Shown in pieces: positions 61,991 through 64,000 of a DNA stretch of 64,000 bases; the first letter of the stretch is position 1, and each line of letters opens with the position of its first letter. Location: contig CBDCNP010000002.1 of NCBI GenBank assembly GCA_965219415.1, positions 2,720,001-2,784,000 of the forward strand, read 5' to 3'. The stretch comes from Candidatus Marinacidobacterales bacterium. Its GTDB lineage: Bacteria; Acidobacteriota; Vicinamibacteria; Marinacidobacterales; DATDRI01. The notes below the pieces were generated by a model. It did not search any database. It worked only from the letters and a program-made list of their open reading frames with translations, and was not told where the DNA came from. Both the position numbers and the translations under genes were made by a program.

Positions 61991-62020
61991 TCTATAGCAT
62001 GCGGCCGAATTCATTGTCAA
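61991..62020 (-). promoter_or_regulatory. Sigma70 promoter for the nuoL unit
   Basis: TTGACA-N18-TATAGA with TGn extension. Confidence 0.6.
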
Positions 62021-62074
62021 GTATCGGATTGGGCTTACCTACTGATGGACAATAGGTTCTGGTGGCTTCCGGGC

Positions 62075-62867
62075 CTAGAAAACACCCCTGACAAAGCCCC
62101 CATCCACCTGGATGCAGGTTCCTGTGATGTAGCTCGCCTTCTCCGAAACCAAGAATGCGACTAGAGCCGCCAGTTCTTCCGGCTCCCCTAGCCTCCCCAT
62201 CGGAACCGCGCTGGTCCACTTCCGATGGATCGCCTCCGGGTCGGTCCCGTCGCGTTTCGCCATTTGCGAGGCAAGCTCCTCGAGTCGCTCGGTTCGCGTG
62301 AAGCCCGGGCACACGACGTTGACGAGAACACCGTCCGGCGCGAGCTCCGAGGCCATGGACTTGGCGAGGCCCACGACTCCGAGCCGAGACGTATTCGAGA
62401 TGACTAGCCCGTCGATCGGTTGCTTGGCGGAGACCGAGGCGATCACGACCACCCTTCCCCAACCGTGGCTCTTCATCGAAGGCACAACGGCGCGCGACAA
62501 CAGGATGGTCGAGAGAAGATTGAGCTCCAACCCCCGGCGCCATTCTTCGACCTCGGTATCGACGAACCGTGTCGAAGGAGGACCTCCGGCGTTGGCGACG
62601 AGAATGTCCACGCGACCGAAACGTTCGAGGGCCGCGTCGACTAGCGCATCGACTTCGTTCTCTTTTGTTACGTCAGTGGGTTTTGCAACGATCTCGACAC
62701 CGGAGCTCTTCTGGATAGCAGCCTCGGCGACCTCGAGATCAACGGAGGAGCGGGCACAAAGAACCAGGTTTCACGTGCTCGGCGGCGAGAGCCTCGGCCA
62801 CCGCACGACCGAGTCCTCGACTGGCACCAGCAACCAAAGCCACCTTGCCGGCGAGGCCGAGCTCCAC
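62075..62867 (-). CDS. SDR oxidoreductase; frameshift near 62770
   Basis: GTG start after GGAGG; 'AGASRGLG', 'NAGGP', 'VDGG'. Confidence 0.85.
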
Positions 62868-62906
62868 GTTTCGAACCTCCGGTGCTGAGACGAGGGGGGA
62901 GAAAAG

Positions 62907-63248
62907 CTAGCTGTACTGCTTTTCTTTACAGTCGATACACACTTTGGTCCAAGGCACTGCGTTCAAGCGAGCCGCCGCGATCTCTTCCTCGCAGTCGATG
63001 CAGATCCCGTAAGTTCCCGACTCGATCCGCTGAAGAGCGACCTCGATGGCCCTCAGTAGCTTGGTGTCCGTTTGCTTGAGCTGAATGCTGATCTCTTCTT
63101 CGTTCGCCGCGGCGGAGCGATCCGCAAAGTCTCCGTGGCCATCCGTATTCGAGCCTTCGGTGAGTACAGCTCGACCCACCGATTGCTCGAGCTCCATCTT
63201 CTTTCCAAGAAGAATTTTCTTGTACTGCGTAAGTTCTGTTTTCTTCAT
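62907..63248 (-). CDS. TraR/DksA-family C4 zinc-finger protein
   Basis: Coiled-coil tip 'DFADRS'; CIDC...CIDC. Confidence 0.88.
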   Translation of the reverse strand: MKKTELTQYKKILLGKKMELEQSVGRAVLTEGSNTDGHGDFADRSAAANEEEISIQLKQTDTKLLRAIEVALQRIESGTYGICIDCEEEIAAARLNAVPWTKVCIDCKEKQYS

Positions 63249-63309
63249 CGTCCGATTGAGTCGCTTCTACAGCCAGTGGCTGGGAGCTCCTATTTCCATC
63301 GAATTCGCT

Positions 63310-63338
63310 ATTATAGCCTCGGCCCTCTCCGGGGGCAA
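63310..63338 (-). promoter_or_regulatory. Sigma70 promoter for the DksA-like gene
   Basis: TTGCCC-N17-TATAAT. Confidence 0.62.
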
Positions 63339-63459
63339 CCCCCCATGCCGAGCGGCCCGACCGGTAACGATCGGCAAGCGGCGGGGCTGCGACGTTGAGT
63401 CGGATTCGAGCCTCCTACGAGGAACGGCGTCTTCGAAAAGGGACTAGTGCCCCGCGAGC

Positions 63460-63798
63460 TCAGGACTTTTCCGGCTTGGCTTCGGTGAAACCTCGAAGCA
63501 CCTCCCGGTCCTCGGAAGAAAGCCTCAAGAACTCCATGCCGGTCAGGAAATCTTCGGTGGCGTTTTGCACGCGGACCACCCGAGCCTCTACCACGAGGAC
63601 GCGGCGGGGGAATAAGAGCTTTACGAAATACGAAGACCCTAGGGTGAGCACGCGTTTGACGCGGAGCAACATCCCCCCCAGGCTCACGTCCATGACAGAA
63701 CCTTCCCAGCCGTTGCCCAGCTGCGCGAAGCACTCCCCCAGGGATGGAACACGCGAGTGTCGACGACGTGTGGTTGGCCGCGGCGGCGTGGATTGCAT
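63460..63798 (-). CDS. PilZ-domain protein
   Basis: RRRHSR, DVSLGG, 'GMEF'. Confidence 0.85.
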   Translation of the reverse strand: MQSTPPRPTTRRRHSRVPSLGECFAQLGNGWEGSVMDVSLGGMLLRVKRVLTLGSSYFVKLLFPRRVLVVEARVVRVQNATEDFLTGMEFLRLSSEDREVLRGFTEAKPEKS

Positions 63799-64000
63799 CC
63801 CGTCTTCCGGGTTAAGAGCTACCTTGAAAAATTGCGGAACCCCTCGGATATACCGGCAAGATACAAGTCTTATCTTACTCCCAGGTGGCCTCGGAGACAA
63901 CCGCCTAGGGGTAGACTTCGTGAAAAGTGAAACTGCCCTGTATGGCTGGCGCGCTCTCTCTAGGTTTCCGCGCCGTCATGCGGTTCCTGGTGCTTTGTTA

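Noticed and set aside
7916-62867. Programmed frameshifting or phase variation in the split genes
   Set aside because: The runs are short, the genes are unrelated and no slippery or stimulatory signals are seen; sequencing error is the simpler explanation.
1-64000. Many long overlapping or antisense ORFs (e.g. 11988-13115, 30583-31650, 61019-62164)
   Set aside because: They are shadow frames of well-supported genes in GC-rich DNA and carry no recognisable motifs.
1-64000. Genome-wide TAG reassignment
   Set aside because: Many genes end at TAG at their expected C-termini (e.g. 2121, 2500, 15255, 17035, ilvE).
1-64000. Selenoprotein genes near selC
   Set aside because: No in-frame UGA at a Cys-equivalent position was noticed in any gene.

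Overview
This is a GC-rich bacterial chromosome segment. It is most likely from Acidobacteriota (Vicinamibacteria-like), inferred from the gene families and repeat types. At least seven otherwise intact genes carry single-base frameshifts, which points to long-read indel errors. From left to right the window holds: the end of a type IV pilus/T2SS-like cluster, a GT4 glycosyltransferase, ligD, a Ser/Thr kinase-propeller protein, an FAD/Fe-S oxidoreductase, a TRAP transporter, tRNA-Sec, a candidate structured ncRNA, tRNA-Ala, pckG and a complete IS3 element. Next come two PilZ genes, a VWA/AAA+ pair, glycosylasparaginase, a sigma54 two-component module, an MglA-like GTPase, MrfAB-like repair genes, moaDE, a PAS-GAF-GAF-GGDEF gene, an M20 peptidase, an OPT transporter and a truncated IS110 inside a secreted-protein gene. 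The window ends with tsaD, mtnA, ilvE, a nuoL-nuoM-atpZ-atpI-atpB-atpE unit, an SDR, a DksA-like gene and a third PilZ gene. The best leads are: (1) a stand-alone NuoL/NuoM pair, whose NuoL has a 26-aa duplicated lateral helix typical of '2M' complex I, apparently co-transcribed with Fo genes; (2) a diguanylate cyclase broken by two in-frame TAG codons; (3) a LigD with a degenerate ligase domain; (4) a ~125-nt structured RNA with its own promoter; (5) an IS110 remnant that keeps its candidate bridge-RNA end; (6) a PilP-like/lytic-transglycosylase chimera. All calls come from reading motifs by eye; no searches were run.
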